From the NCBI GenBank assembly GCA_965198175.1, contig OZ240245.1, positions 2,848,001-2,912,000 of the forward strand: 64,000 nt of DNA, read 5' to 3'. The first letter of the stretch is position 1, and the number at the start of each line of letters is the position of its first letter. The DNA comes from Candidatus Poribacteria bacterium (GTDB lineage Bacteria; Poribacteria; WGA-4E; PCPOR2b). The position numbers and the translations under genes are program-made. The notes beneath the pieces were generated by a model. It was not told where the DNA came from and made no database searches. It saw nothing but the letters and a program-made list of their open reading frames with translations. Shown piece by piece: positions 39,249-49,753 of the stretch.

Positions 39249-40127
39249 TCATTGTTCGGGATAAATTGGGGAACCGACTAGGCTTGTGATTTCGTGAAAT
39301 TCCTCAATCAGTTTCTGCGTTACAACACCAGGGCTCCCATTGCCAATGACTCGGCGATCTATTTTCACAACAGGAATAACTTCAGCAGCTGTGCCCGTTA
39401 GAAAACATTCATCAGCTGTGTAAAGATCATGTCGCGTAAAAATTTTTCCCTCCACAACAAGCCCCAGATCCCGCGCTAAATCGATAACGGTATTGCGCGT
39501 AACACCCTCTAGAATGCCAATATGAGTAGGTGGAGTGACAACTGTACCGTCTTTGACGAAGAAGATATTATCGCCCGAACACTCGACAACATAGCCATCG
39601 GCATTAAGCATCAGTGCTTCGCCGGCTCCGGCCTGTTTTCCTTCTATATTCGCCAAGATATTGTTGAGATAATTCATCGATTTGATGCGCGGGTTAATGG
39701 CTTCAGCGTAGTTCCGGCGCGTAGGAACCGTTACGATTTCCAAACCGTCCTCATAGCATTCCTGCGGGTAAAGGGCGATCTTATCCGTGATAATAATAAT
39801 CGTAGGCTGGTCGCACTTGTCCGGATCCAGACCGAGATCGCCAATACCGCGCGTGACCATTAGACGAATATAAGCGTCGTAAAGATTATTGCGACGGAGT
39901 GTTTCCAGTACGGTTGCTTTCATCTCCTCAATTGAGACCGGAATCTCCAGCATGATCGCCTTCGCTGAATCGTAAAGACGTTGTAGGTGTTCGTCTAGTT
40001 TAAAGACGCGTCCTCCATAGGATCGAATACCTTCAAAAATACCATCGCCATACAGGAGACCGTGATCGAAAACAGAAACTTTAGCTTCCCCTTTCGGCAC
40101 AAATTCTCCATTAATGTAAACCAACAT
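39249..40127 (-). CDS. ilvE: Branched-chain amino acid aminotransferase
   Basis: SVFDHGLLYGDGIFEG, IKSMNY, ILEGVTR, FLTGTAAE. Confidence 0.93.
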   Translation of the reverse strand: MLVYINGEFVPKGEAKVSVFDHGLLYGDGIFEGIRSYGGRVFKLDEHLQRLYDSAKAIMLEIPVSIEEMKATVLETLRRNNLYDAYIRLMVTRGIGDLGLDPDKCDQPTIIIITDKIALYPQECYEDGLEIVTVPTRRNYAEAINPRIKSMNYLNNILANIEGKQAGAGEALMLNADGYVVECSGDNIFFVKDGTVVTPPTHIGILEGVTRNTVIDLARDLGLVVEGKIFTRHDLYTADECFLTGTAAEVIPVVKIDRRVIGNGSPGVVTQKLIEEFHEITSLVGSPIYPEQ

Positions 40128-40271
40128 TGCAATTTTCCTTCGCACAGCGGGCGAACACTCGGGTTCCCCTGAATATACAATATCTAGAGATTGGCCACCG
40201 GGATGGCCGAATTCTCGCATCCCGATCCGTGGATGGGATTCAACCAACCGCTAACGCTGTAGATTTCCTCC

Positions 40272-40973
40272 CTATGAAGGTAGGTTACCACTTTGTACTT
40301 GATTTGACACTTTTCCATCGACAAGGTAGATGTGCCGGTTGGCTCGTTGTGCAATTGCTTGATTATGCGTCACAACAATCAAAGTTTGACCCAATCGCTT
40401 ATTGAGGTCCCACAACAATTCAAGCACAACTTCGCTTGTCTTGCGATCGAGGTTTCCTGTCGGTTCATCTGCTAATACGGCTTGGGGTTGGTTGATTACA
40501 GCGCGGGCAATTGCAACCCGCTGCCGCTCGCCACCAGAGAGTTGACTTGGGTAATGTGTAAGCCGACTACCTAACCCAACATAGTCCAACAGATCCTTGG
40601 CTCGATGAAATCCATCGTCGGAGTTTTCGCCCGCAATCAACGCGGCCATCGCCACATTTTCCAGCGTGGTAAATTCACTCAATAGGTGGTGAAACTGAAA
40701 GACAAAACCCACTTCCTGATTTCTGAATCGATCTAACCGTTTATCATTAAAGTCGAAGATATCCTGACCTTCGTAAAAAATTGCTCCCCGAGTTGGGCGG
40801 TCGAGCCCGCCAATCAGGTGAAGCAACGTACTCTTGCCAACTCCAGACGCGCCGATAATCACCAGAATTTCGCCGGTTTGTACCTCTAAATCAATCCCTT
40901 TGAGTACAGGAAGTTCTGTTAGACCCTCATAATAAGATTTACACACATCAACAACCCGGATGAGATTACTCAT
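40272..40973 (-). CDS. lolD: Lipoprotein-releasing ABC transporter ATPase LolD
   Basis: [35 protein letters not shown]. Confidence 0.92.
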   Translation of the reverse strand: MSNLIRVVDVCKSYYEGLTELPVLKGIDLEVQTGEILVIIGASGVGKSTLLHLIGGLDRPTRGAIFYEGQDIFDFNDKRLDRFRNQEVGFVFQFHHLLSEFTTLENVAMAALIAGENSDDGFHRAKDLLDYVGLGSRLTHYPSQLSGGERQRVAIARAVINQPQAVLADEPTGNLDRKTSEVVLELLWDLNKRLGQTLIVVTHNQAIAQRANRHIYLVDGKVSNQVQSGNLPS

Positions 40974-42435
40974 ATCGCAGCGCCTCGACAGGGTTGAGTT
41001 TAGAAGCTTGCCATGCCGGGTACATCGTCGCGAACAAACAGATTGTGAATGATAGTAGGTTCATAAAGCCAACGAAACCCCAGTTAATTTTGACAGGCAA
41101 TCGGTTGAGTTGATAGACCTGGCTAAAATCTTGCCCAAAAATGCTATCGAGGTAGATGGGTTGGATAAGGCAAAAGAGGAACAACCCAATTGTCGCCAGC
41201 CAAATAAAAGTGAGTGTCCCTTTGAGTCCGATATGTAAAGGGTTCATTCCACGCAAAGCGAAATGTATCCCAATCGGCAGCAGAATCAGCAACGCAAACC
41301 AGCGTGAGGGACGGAGAATCTGTAGCTCAAGAAACCAACAGACAACCAGACCAAATCCTGTGCCTAAGAGCGATCCAAGGATGCCGATGACAGTTCCTTG
41401 AATGACAAAAATCTTCCGAACCGATCCTTTGGAGCCCCCCATCGCCCTAAAAATACCAATGTCGCGTGTCTTTTCCATGACCACCATGATTAGTGTACTT
41501 GCGATATTAAATGCGGCGACAAGAATAATTAGCGCCTCAATAATCACCGTCACAATTTTTTCTAACTTAAAAGCATCAAACAGGTGTCCGTGAAGCTCCA
41601 TCCATGTCTGGGCGATGGGCATAGACCGTAACCCTTCACCAAATCGAAGTATGTCAAGGATTCGATTACGAATCGTTGGCGCAAGATCGGCATCAACTGT
41701 GCGCACCTCAATCATATTTATTGCGTTCTGTTTTCCATAGGCTTTCTGTGCTGTCTCAAGGTCAATAAAGCCAAAGGCATTGTCATAGGTATACATTCCA
41801 GATTCATACAAACCGATGACAACAAAATTGCGAGTCTTAGGAACAAAATTGTCGGGTAGAACGGGCGATGGCACCATTTCAAAAATCAGACGGAGAATAT
41901 CGCCCTTGAGAACTTGCATGCGACTCGCAACATGGTGCCCTAAAACAATGCCGCCGACAATAGTTTCCCGTCCAGCCACACGTTTCCGCACATCTTCAAT
42001 CAATGGCGCACTCTTAAAGTCGACCGATCCGTCGACAAATTTTGAAAATTCTGTGACGCCATCCTCTTTTCGCAAATCAATCCCCTTCAGGTAAAGTACG
42101 GTTTCAATGTTGCCTCTGCCTTTGGGGAAGACGGCTAGTTGGGTGTAAATCACAGGGGAAGCGGCGACAACCCCTTCTACCGATTCGATCTGCTTAAGCT
42201 TCTCCTGATAATCCGTAAAGTAAACATCGGGAGACCGAATGATAATATGGGCTTCATTAGCTAGAAATTTCTGTCTTAATCCGTAATCAAATCCGTTCAA
42301 AACAGAGATGACAAGAATGACAGTCGCAATACCGAGTGCTACTCCACCTATAGAGATTACGGTGATAACTGAGATAAATGATTGCTTGCGCCGCGATCGA
42401 AGGTAACGTGAGGCAATTAACCATTCATAGGTCAT
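40966..42435 (-). CDS. lolC: Lipoprotein-releasing ABC transporter permease LolC/E
   Basis: [43 protein letters not shown]. Confidence 0.9.
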   Translation of the reverse strand: MTYEWLIASRYLRSRRKQSFISVITVISIGGVALGIATVILVISVLNGFDYGLRQKFLANEAHIIIRSPDVYFTDYQEKLKQIESVEGVVAASPVIYTQLAVFPKGRGNIETVLYLKGIDLRKEDGVTEFSKFVDGSVDFKSAPLIEDVRKRVAGRETIVGGIVLGHHVASRMQVLKGDILRLIFEMVPSPVLPDNFVPKTRNFVVIGLYESGMYTYDNAFGFIDLETAQKAYGKQNAINMIEVRTVDADLAPTIRNRILDILRFGEGLRSMPIAQTWMELHGHLFDAFKLEKIVTVIIEALIILVAAFNIASTLIMVVMEKTRDIGIFRAMGGSKGSVRKIFVIQGTVIGILGSLLGTGFGLVVCWFLELQILRPSRWFALLILLPIGIHFALRGMNPLHIGLKGTLTFIWLATIGLFLFCLIQPIYLDSIFGQDFSQVYQLNRLPVKINWGFVGFMNLLSFTICLFATMYPAWQASKLNPVEALRYE

Positions 42436-42602
42436 AATTTATAACACACCAAACGCATTTCGTACCCTTACTCCCTAGACAAACCTAATCGATTGCCCAT
42501 AGTCTCCAGTTTCACGTTTGAGGGATAGTCCTGCAAACCGGCTGTTCACCTGCTTCTTGACAACACATGCCCCTGTTACTTGATTCACAGATTCAATCGC
42601 CT

Positions 42603-44075
42603 TTAACGTTCCGGGCGCATCTGCGGAAAAAGAATTACATCGCGGATTGAACTCTGATCCGTGAGCAGCATTGTGAGCCGATCGATGCCAATGCCGAGTC
42701 CTCCCGTCGGTGGCATTCCGTACTCCAGCGCCCGTAGATAATCTTCATCCATCATGAATGCCTCCTGCTCTCCTGCCTCCCATTTCTTGGCTTGCTCAAT
42801 AAAACGTTCCCGCTGATCGATGGGATTATTCAATTCACTGAAAGCATTGCCTATTTCCATGCGACCAATAAAGGGTTCAAACCGTTCGACCAAGCTGTCG
42901 TTCCCTCGCTTCTTCTTCGCAAGCGGTGAGGTCTCGATGGGGTAATCGCAAACAAATGTTGGTTGGACAAGGTTTGGTTCGACTAACTTATCGAACAACA
43001 CTGTGATAAGATGGCCTCTAGATTCAGTCCTTTCTAGTTCGACTCCAGCATTTAATATCATATCCTTCAACTGTTCATAACTCAGTTCTTCGACATCAAC
43101 ACCAGTTTCCTCCTCAATTGCGTCAATAATTGTGACTCGGCGCCAGGGGGGCGCCAAGGAGATAGTCTCACCTTGATAAGAGATTTCTGTAGTGTCGAGA
43201 ACGGTTTGCGCGGTGTGAGCAACGAGATTTTCCATCAAGTGCATCATATCCTCGTAATCCGCATAGGCTTGATAAAGTTCAAGCATCGTAAATTCTGGAT
43301 TGTGATCACGATCCATACCCTCATTCCGAAAATCCCTTGCGAATTCATAGACGCGATCGAATCCACCGACAATGAGCCGTTTGAGATACAGCTCGTTCGC
43401 AATACGGAGGTAGAATCGCGTATCTAATGCGTTGTGATGCGTGATAAAGGGTCGAGCAAAGGCACCCCCGTAAATAGGTTGGAGGATCGGTGTTTCTACT
43501 TCGATAAAATCTTGGCGATTGAGGAACTCGCGAATGGATTGGATGATTCGTGTACGGTTGATAAAGACCTGTTTCACATTGGGATTGACGATTAGATCGG
43601 CATACCGCCGACGATACCGTGTTTCCTTGTCTTGTAGACCGTGCCATTTTTCCGGAAGTGGACAGAGGGATTTGGCTAAAAGCGTGATCGCATTGACAAT
43701 CACTGTTAGTTCGTCAGTTCGAGTCCGAAAAACGAAACCCTCTACACCAATGATGTCCCCCACGTCGAGTTTTTTATAAACCAAATATGCTTCTGCACCA
43801 ACTAAATTCCGTCGCACAAATATCTGAATGCGACCCGACATGTCCTGTAGATGTGCGAAGCCACTCCCGCCGTGATCGCGCTTGGTCATAATGCGTCCAG
43901 CGATACAAACAAGCTTTGTTTCATCAGGTTCATGCTGAATCTGGTCAAATTCTTGGTGGATTTCCCGGGCGGTGTAATTTGGCGAGTACTTGTATGGATA
44001 TGGTTGAACGCCGACTCGACGAATTTCTTCTAATTTTTCTCGGCGTTGATGCATCAAACCGCTGGAATCTTCCAA
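42603..44075 (-). CDS. lysS: Lysine--tRNA ligase (class II)
   Basis: LPEKWHGL, FRNEG...HNPEFT, YGMPPTGGLGIGIDRL. Confidence 0.97.
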   Translation of the reverse strand: MEDSSGLMHQRREKLEEIRRVGVQPYPYKYSPNYTAREIHQEFDQIQHEPDETKLVCIAGRIMTKRDHGGSGFAHLQDMSGRIQIFVRRNLVGAEAYLVYKKLDVGDIIGVEGFVFRTRTDELTVIVNAITLLAKSLCPLPEKWHGLQDKETRYRRRYADLIVNPNVKQVFINRTRIIQSIREFLNRQDFIEVETPILQPIYGGAFARPFITHHNALDTRFYLRIANELYLKRLIVGGFDRVYEFARDFRNEGMDRDHNPEFTMLELYQAYADYEDMMHLMENLVAHTAQTVLDTTEISYQGETISLAPPWRRVTIIDAIEEETGVDVEELSYEQLKDMILNAGVELERTESRGHLITVLFDKLVEPNLVQPTFVCDYPIETSPLAKKKRGNDSLVERFEPFIGRMEIGNAFSELNNPIDQRERFIEQAKKWEAGEQEAFMMDEDYLRALEYGMPPTGGLGIGIDRLTMLLTDQSSIRDVILFPQMRPER

Positions 44076-44175
44076 TGGTGTTTCCTTCCGGAACTGGCTA
44101 ACTGAGCAGCGTCTAGTATAGCACGCCTCCAGCTTTTAGGCAACAAAAAAGTTGAAGCCTGCGAAGTAATTCCTG

Positions 44176-45277
44176 TCAGGTTTGGCTTCTCTTTTTCAAG
44201 TAGCTCTCGATAAAAATCTCCAAATTGCCATCCATGACTGCGTCAATGTTTCCTGTTTCAACACTCGTGCGTAAATCTTTTACGAGCCGATAGGGATGAA
44301 ACACATAAGATCGAATCTGATTGCCAAAATTAATTTCCGGGCGTTCCCCTTGTAGCTTCGTTATCTTTTCTCGACGCTGCATCTGATAGTATTCGTAGAC
44401 TCGCGAACGTAGAACTTTCATCGCAAGTTCCCGGTTCTTATGTTGCGACCGCTCATTCTGGCATTGAGCAACAATTCCTGTTGGGATGTGGGTCATCCGG
44501 ACCGCCGAATCTGTTCGGTTGACATGCTGTCCGCCGGCTCCGCTTGATCGATAGGTATCAATCCGCAATTCTGCGGGTTGGATGTCAACGTCAACAGTTT
44601 CGCCAATTTCTGGAGAAACTGCAACCGCAGCAAATGAAGTGTGACGGCGGTGATTAAAGTCAAAAGGCGAGAGACGGACAAGACGGTGGACGCCGACTTC
44701 AGCACTGAGGTAACCGTAGGCGTACTCGCCTGAGACTAAAACCGTTGCACTCTTGATTCCCGCTTCCTCGCCGGGCATAAGTTCAATAGATTCGGTTCGG
44801 TAGCCATGCCGATCACACCAGCGCGTATACATTCGCAAGAGCATATACGCCCAATCCTGAGACTCCGTACCACCAGCGCCCGGGTGAATAGTCAAGATAG
44901 CATTACTTCTGTCATGCTCGCCATCAAGCATGAGCACTGTCGCCATCTGCTCAATCTGTTGTCCAATATCTTCTAAGTTTCTACCTATTTCCTCGCTTAC
45001 ACTCTCATCATCTTCTTCAATTGCCAGTTCAAGTAGAACCTGATTGTCCTCAAGCTGGGAGTGGAGTTTCCCATATTGTCCAATTTCTTCCCGTAAGTTC
45101 GCGAGCCGCTGTGTAACCTGTTGGGCGTGTTGAGAATTGTTCCAGAGATCCGGTTTTGAAGCCTCATTTTGAAGAGCCTCTAACTCGTCCGATTTTCTCG
45201 CAATGTCAAAGACACCCTCTGAGATCAAGGAGTCGAGCGGTAATCTCTTGGATATTGAGTTTCAAATCTGCAAGCAT
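44176..45277 (-). CDS. prfB: Peptide chain release factor 2 with programmed +1 frameshift
   Basis: SPF and GGQ motifs; first frame MLADLKL...LRGCL ends at AGAGGG-TGT-CTT-TGA-C (45205-45220). Confidence 0.96.
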
Positions 45278-45359
45278 TTCTACTTCCTTTCTTTTCGAAG
45301 TTGTGACCGAATAAAGTTTGATGATGGATCAAAGGCGGTTCTAAATTTCTTCTTTCAAT

Positions 45360-46889
45360 TCACGACCGGTGCATGAATCTGGAGATAAGCCTAATGAGAT
45401 GCGAATAGAAAAATAGAATGATACTTACCACAAAACAGAGGATTGGAAACCAATCACCATAGCGCGTATAGAGTGTATGTCGCTGATCGCCTACGGGGAT
45501 CTGCCCAATCAAGAAATCTTGGGTGTCATTGGGTTGAATCGGCTTCGTTATTATGTTGCCATGCGAGTCAATTATACATGAAATGCCTCCATTTGCGCAA
45601 CGGAAAACTGGGACTCGGTTCTCAACCGCGCGAAGGGGAGCAACTGAGAAATGTTGATCAGGCGCTGCCGTTCCCTCATACCATGCATCGTTGGTGAGTA
45701 CACCCATCACAGTTGCCCCCTTTTTGACAAACTTTCGGAAAAGGTTTGGAAACACGGATTCGAAACAGATAGAAATACCCATCTGAGCGTCCTCAGTAGT
45801 TGGAATAGGAAAAAGATTAATCGACTTGCCCGGTTCATACGGCTCAAATTGGATGAGATTCGGAAGGTAGCGACTCAGTGGAACATATTCGCCGAAGGGC
45901 ACAAGATGCATCTTGGAGTAACTGCCAAGTTTTTCGCCACTTGGAGACAACAGAAACACCCGATTATAGACTTTCGAGTCGGGGTCATAGTGTGGCGCTC
46001 CAATGAGCAGATACATCCGTCGGTCAGACAATATCTGCTCTAGCTGTAGCCGGTAGGCATTTTGCCGGGAAAAAATTGGAGCAGGAATAGCAGTCTCAGG
46101 TAAAACAATGAGATTCGGGCGGGTAGCATCTGCCTTTTTGATCAGATTCATGTACTTCTTGAATATCTTAGTTACGTTTTTCCTCTGCCATTTCTCATCC
46201 TGCGGCACATTGCCGGGGACGAGAGCTATTTCTATCGTTGAGGTAGCCTGTTGTGGTATTGATATAGTAAACACACCGTAAAAAAGAGAGGCAATGACAA
46301 TGAGGACCGGCAATGCCGTCGCCTTGAGTTGACGCCGCCAGAAAGGATACGTGCGGATTAAATTCGCAATTGCGGCGTTAAGGAGTACAACAATGAAGCT
46401 GACACCATGCACCCCCGTAATAGACGCAATTTGAATCGCGCAGATGTTATTCCATTGGCTATACCCCATGCTTCCCCAGGGAAAGCCCGTTAGCATCCAA
46501 CTGCGAATCCACTCTAACCCTGTCCAAATCACCGGAACAATCAAGACAAACCGCAAGCCGGATTGCCAGGGAAGCCGAGATAAAACAGCAGCAAAAATGC
46601 CTGGGTAGACAGCAAGATAGGCAACCAATGCAGCACACCCTAGGGTTGTTATAAAGATATTCGCAAAAGGATAAAGTAGGATAATCCAATAGGTCATGCC
46701 GAAGAAAAAGATAACGCCAGTAACATAGCCCCACCGAAATGCTGTCTTCCAGCTCGATGTCGACTTTAGGCAAACTAGGAGCGGTATTAGTCCCACCCAG
46801 GCAAGCGGAAACAGATTAAAGCTCGGCTGGCTGAAAATCAGCAGAAAACCCGAGAGACCTGCGAGGATGTAATTCTGATAACGTTTCAT
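45360..46889 (-). CDS. lnt: Apolipoprotein N-acyltransferase
   Basis: GFPWGSMGYSQ, LPETA, KMHLVPFGEY, ICFES, TNDAW. Confidence 0.95.
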   Translation of the reverse strand: MKRYQNYILAGLSGFLLIFSQPSFNLFPLAWVGLIPLLVCLKSTSSWKTAFRWGYVTGVIFFFGMTYWIILLYPFANIFITTLGCAALVAYLAVYPGIFAAVLSRLPWQSGLRFVLIVPVIWTGLEWIRSWMLTGFPWGSMGYSQWNNICAIQIASITGVHGVSFIVVLLNAAIANLIRTYPFWRRQLKATALPVLIVIASLFYGVFTISIPQQATSTIEIALVPGNVPQDEKWQRKNVTKIFKKYMNLIKKADATRPNLIVLPETAIPAPIFSRQNAYRLQLEQILSDRRMYLLIGAPHYDPDSKVYNRVFLLSPSGEKLGSYSKMHLVPFGEYVPLSRYLPNLIQFEPYEPGKSINLFPIPTTEDAQMGISICFESVFPNLFRKFVKKGATVMGVLTNDAWYEGTAAPDQHFSVAPLRAVENRVPVFRCANGGISCIIDSHGNIITKPIQPNDTQDFLIGQIPVGDQRHTLYTRYGDWFPILCFVVSIILFFYSHLIRLISRFMHRS

Positions 46890-47256
46890 GCCTTAATCTT
46901 CAGCAGTTTCATGAGGTTCTGTCATTTTGAGTTGCAGACCTAGAATCTCAACCTTAGAGCAAACAGATCCATGGCTGTGCCCAAGGTGAAAAAATGAAAG
47001 GTGATGGAGTCTCCACAAACCATCGTGATACAAAGGGCTTCACATCGTCATTCTGTGGTGTGTAATTCGACCGGTCATGGCTCTATCAGGTGATGTCAAG
47101 ACATCTTCAATGCACTGATACGTTTTGGAGAAAGAACCCTAGGAGTAGCTACAGCGGGGAAAGGTTGTGTTAAATGGCAAGCTTCAATTCTAAATCGGTA
47201 TTCGGGCGAATCGTGAATCGCTGCGACGTCTCGTATGGCGTTGCCGAACATATCTG

Positions 47257-48360
47257 TCACCGAATCTTGAGCGTGCTCAAAGCCATTAGCATCAGGATGA
47301 ACGCAACAACCCAAAAGCGAATGACAATTTTCGATTCCTTCCAACCGAGTTCCTCAAAATGGTGGTGCAAAGGTGACATTCTAAACACACGTTTTTTCCG
47401 CGTTCGATACGACCACACTTGGATGATAACGGAGAGGCATTCCGCAACAAAGATACCACCGACAAGCACAAGCAGAATCTCCGCCTTAGTTAGAATAGCA
47501 ACCGTTCCCAGCGCAGCACCGAGAGCCAATGAGCCTGTATCCCCCATAATAATCTGCGCTGGATGACAATTGTACCACAAGAATCCCAAACCGGCCCCAA
47601 TGAGCGCAGCACAAAAAATAGCAACTGCCTCACCACTTGCCGGGAGGTGTGCAATATCCAAATAGCCCGCCAACTGTTGATGAGTTGTAAGGTATCCCAA
47701 AGCCCCAAATGTTGCCGCGACAAACAGTGTACAACCTATCGCCAGTCCATCAAGCCCATCTGTCAAATTGACAGCGTTGGAGGTGCCTACGATTACGATT
47801 GTGGCGAATGGGACAAATAAAAATCCGAGATCCGGACGTAGTTGCTTGAAGAACGGGATGATAAGTGATGTTTTGGTTGTTAAGTTGTCATCTGGAGCCG
47901 GCCCCCAATGGTAAAGATAATAAGCGATAGCCAAGGCGCCAATCGTTTGAAGAAAGATTTTATGCCAACCTCGCAAGCCAAGCGATTGTTGTTTCGTAAT
48001 TTTGAGGTAATCGTCAAGAAAACCGATTCCGCCAAACCATACGAAACTTAAAGCGAGGAGAAAGATATAGGGCTGATTCAACCGAGCCCACAGAAACGTC
48101 GATATCAACACGGACGAGATGATGAGCACCCCGCCCATTGTCGGTGTGCCAGCCTTACTGAGGTGGGTTTGGGGACCATCTTCCTGAATGTACTGACCAA
48201 TCTTTAACCGCCGAAGATGCCGAATCACAAGTGGACCAAAGAGCAACGCAATTAACAGCGCCGTTACTGTCGCATAAATCGATCGAAAGCTAATATAGCG
48301 GAAGACGTTAAACGGCGAAAAAACATCTGTTAAGAGTTCAAAAAATAGGTAGTAGAACAT
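47257..48360 (-). CDS. mraY: Phospho-N-acetylmuramoyl-pentapeptide transferase
   Basis: KAGTPTMGG, NAVNLTDGLDGL, MGDTGS, PLHHHFE. Confidence 0.97.
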   Translation of the reverse strand: MFYYLFFELLTDVFSPFNVFRYISFRSIYATVTALLIALLFGPLVIRHLRRLKIGQYIQEDGPQTHLSKAGTPTMGGVLIISSVLISTFLWARLNQPYIFLLALSFVWFGGIGFLDDYLKITKQQSLGLRGWHKIFLQTIGALAIAYYLYHWGPAPDDNLTTKTSLIIPFFKQLRPDLGFLFVPFATIVIVGTSNAVNLTDGLDGLAIGCTLFVAATFGALGYLTTHQQLAGYLDIAHLPASGEAVAIFCAALIGAGLGFLWYNCHPAQIIMGDTGSLALGAALGTVAILTKAEILLVLVGGIFVAECLSVIIQVWSYRTRKKRVFRMSPLHHHFEELGWKESKIVIRFWVVAFILMLMALSTLKIR

Positions 48361-48404
48361 CGTAATATAAAGAAGATTGAGAGATTAGTCCGGCGATGTC
48401 ACGT

Positions 48405-49616
48405 TCAATCCGAAGTAATACTTTTCGCGCCAGAGCCCGTTTTGAGTTTCCCCGAATCGAGAGTCAGTCGGTTGAGAAGGTTAGCAGCGTAAGAATATGT
48501 AACGCTGTTTTTGTCCTTATAGACTTCAAAAGCAAGTTCAATCAGTCTATCGACTAACTGAGGAAAGTCGATATTATCGCGTTCCCACAAGTAAAAACTA
48601 AATGAACCTGGAATCGTATTAATTTCATTAACAAAGGGTTTCTCGTTCTTTCCAACGAAGAAGTCGATCCGTGCAACACCCCTGCAGTCAAGAGCCCTAA
48701 AAGCGCGCTTGGCCAACTCCTGAATTTTGATTGTAAGTTCGGCTGAAATTGGTGCTGGAATCGTACGATCAGCGCCCGCCATACCTGATGCTTTACTTTC
48801 CTCGTGAACGTACTTATCGTCGAAACTCAGGAATGTTCCTGCAGACATTGGTTGCTCGCATACGGATGCAGTTAAATCGTAGTTGCCCATTACCGAGCAG
48901 TTAATTTCGATAGCATCTTCTAACCCCTCCTCTACAATTACACGCAGGTCGTATTGGCTGGCTAAATCGAGAGCCGATTTGAGATCGTCCTGATTTTGAG
49001 CTTGACTCACGCCGATACTGGAACCAGAGTTCGCGGGCTTAACGAAAACAGGGTAAGCTAAGTCTTGCTCTACTTTTTTAATGATTTCTTCTGGATTAGC
49101 TTCCCAATCTTTTTTAGTGAACCACAAGTATGAAACAATAGGGAGGTTTCCCTCGCTTAAGACAGCTTTCATGATGATTTTGTCCATTCCAGTTGCCGAT
49201 CCAAGCACGCCTGCCCCCACGTACGGAATATTCATAAGCTCCAGTAACCCCTGCAGCGTTCCATCCTCACCGTGAGCACCATGCAAAACAGGAAAAACAA
49301 TGTCTATGGGCATAGGTTTGTTTCTCTGTAACCGTCCAAATCCCCGCCTACCCGCCAGAAACTTCGGTTTTAGTCCGAGCTCCACGATAACTTTGTCAGA
49401 GCTGGAGCCATTCGGAAGATTCCCGCTGGTAAAAGTATCCAATTCAAGGAATTTGTCACTGGTCAACCACTCACCGGTTTTAGTAATGTAGATGAGTATG
49501 AGCCCGTATCTTCTATTTAGAGCTGCGAGAACCTGATGAGCCGTTATGATAGAAACCTCGTGCTCTGGAGAACGACCGCCGAAAATTAGCGCGACATTTT
49601 TTTTTGGCTTCTCCAT
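48405..49616 (-). CDS. ddl: D-alanine--D-alanine ligase
   Basis: FGGRSPEHEVS, HGAHGEDG, KPANSGSSIG, NEINTIPGS. Confidence 0.93.
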   Translation of the reverse strand: MEKPKKNVALIFGGRSPEHEVSIITAHQVLAALNRRYGLILIYITKTGEWLTSDKFLELDTFTSGNLPNGSSSDKVIVELGLKPKFLAGRRGFGRLQRNKPMPIDIVFPVLHGAHGEDGTLQGLLELMNIPYVGAGVLGSATGMDKIIMKAVLSEGNLPIVSYLWFTKKDWEANPEEIIKKVEQDLAYPVFVKPANSGSSIGVSQAQNQDDLKSALDLASQYDLRVIVEEGLEDAIEINCSVMGNYDLTASVCEQPMSAGTFLSFDDKYVHEESKASGMAGADRTIPAPISAELTIKIQELAKRAFRALDCRGVARIDFFVGKNEKPFVNEINTIPGSFSFYLWERDNIDFPQLVDRLIELAFEVYKDKNSVTYSYAANLLNRLTLDSGKLKTGSGAKSITSD

Positions 49617-49753
49617 AATCTATTCCTTTCAATAGCTCAAAATCTGACTTCTGGACTTTGGTAGAATTGGCACTCTGGTGTTGCAGTAGATCAACGCCCA
49701 GCGATTATAACACCCCGCTTGCTGAAGATGTGTACAGTTGTATCTGAATAGTC

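Noticed and set aside
46998..47045. GGTGATGGAGTCTCC resembles the 5' end of a fluoride (crcB) riboswitch
   Set aside because: P1 pairing is imperfect, the GCTGATGAC...CTAC 3' part is missing, and it points away from lnt
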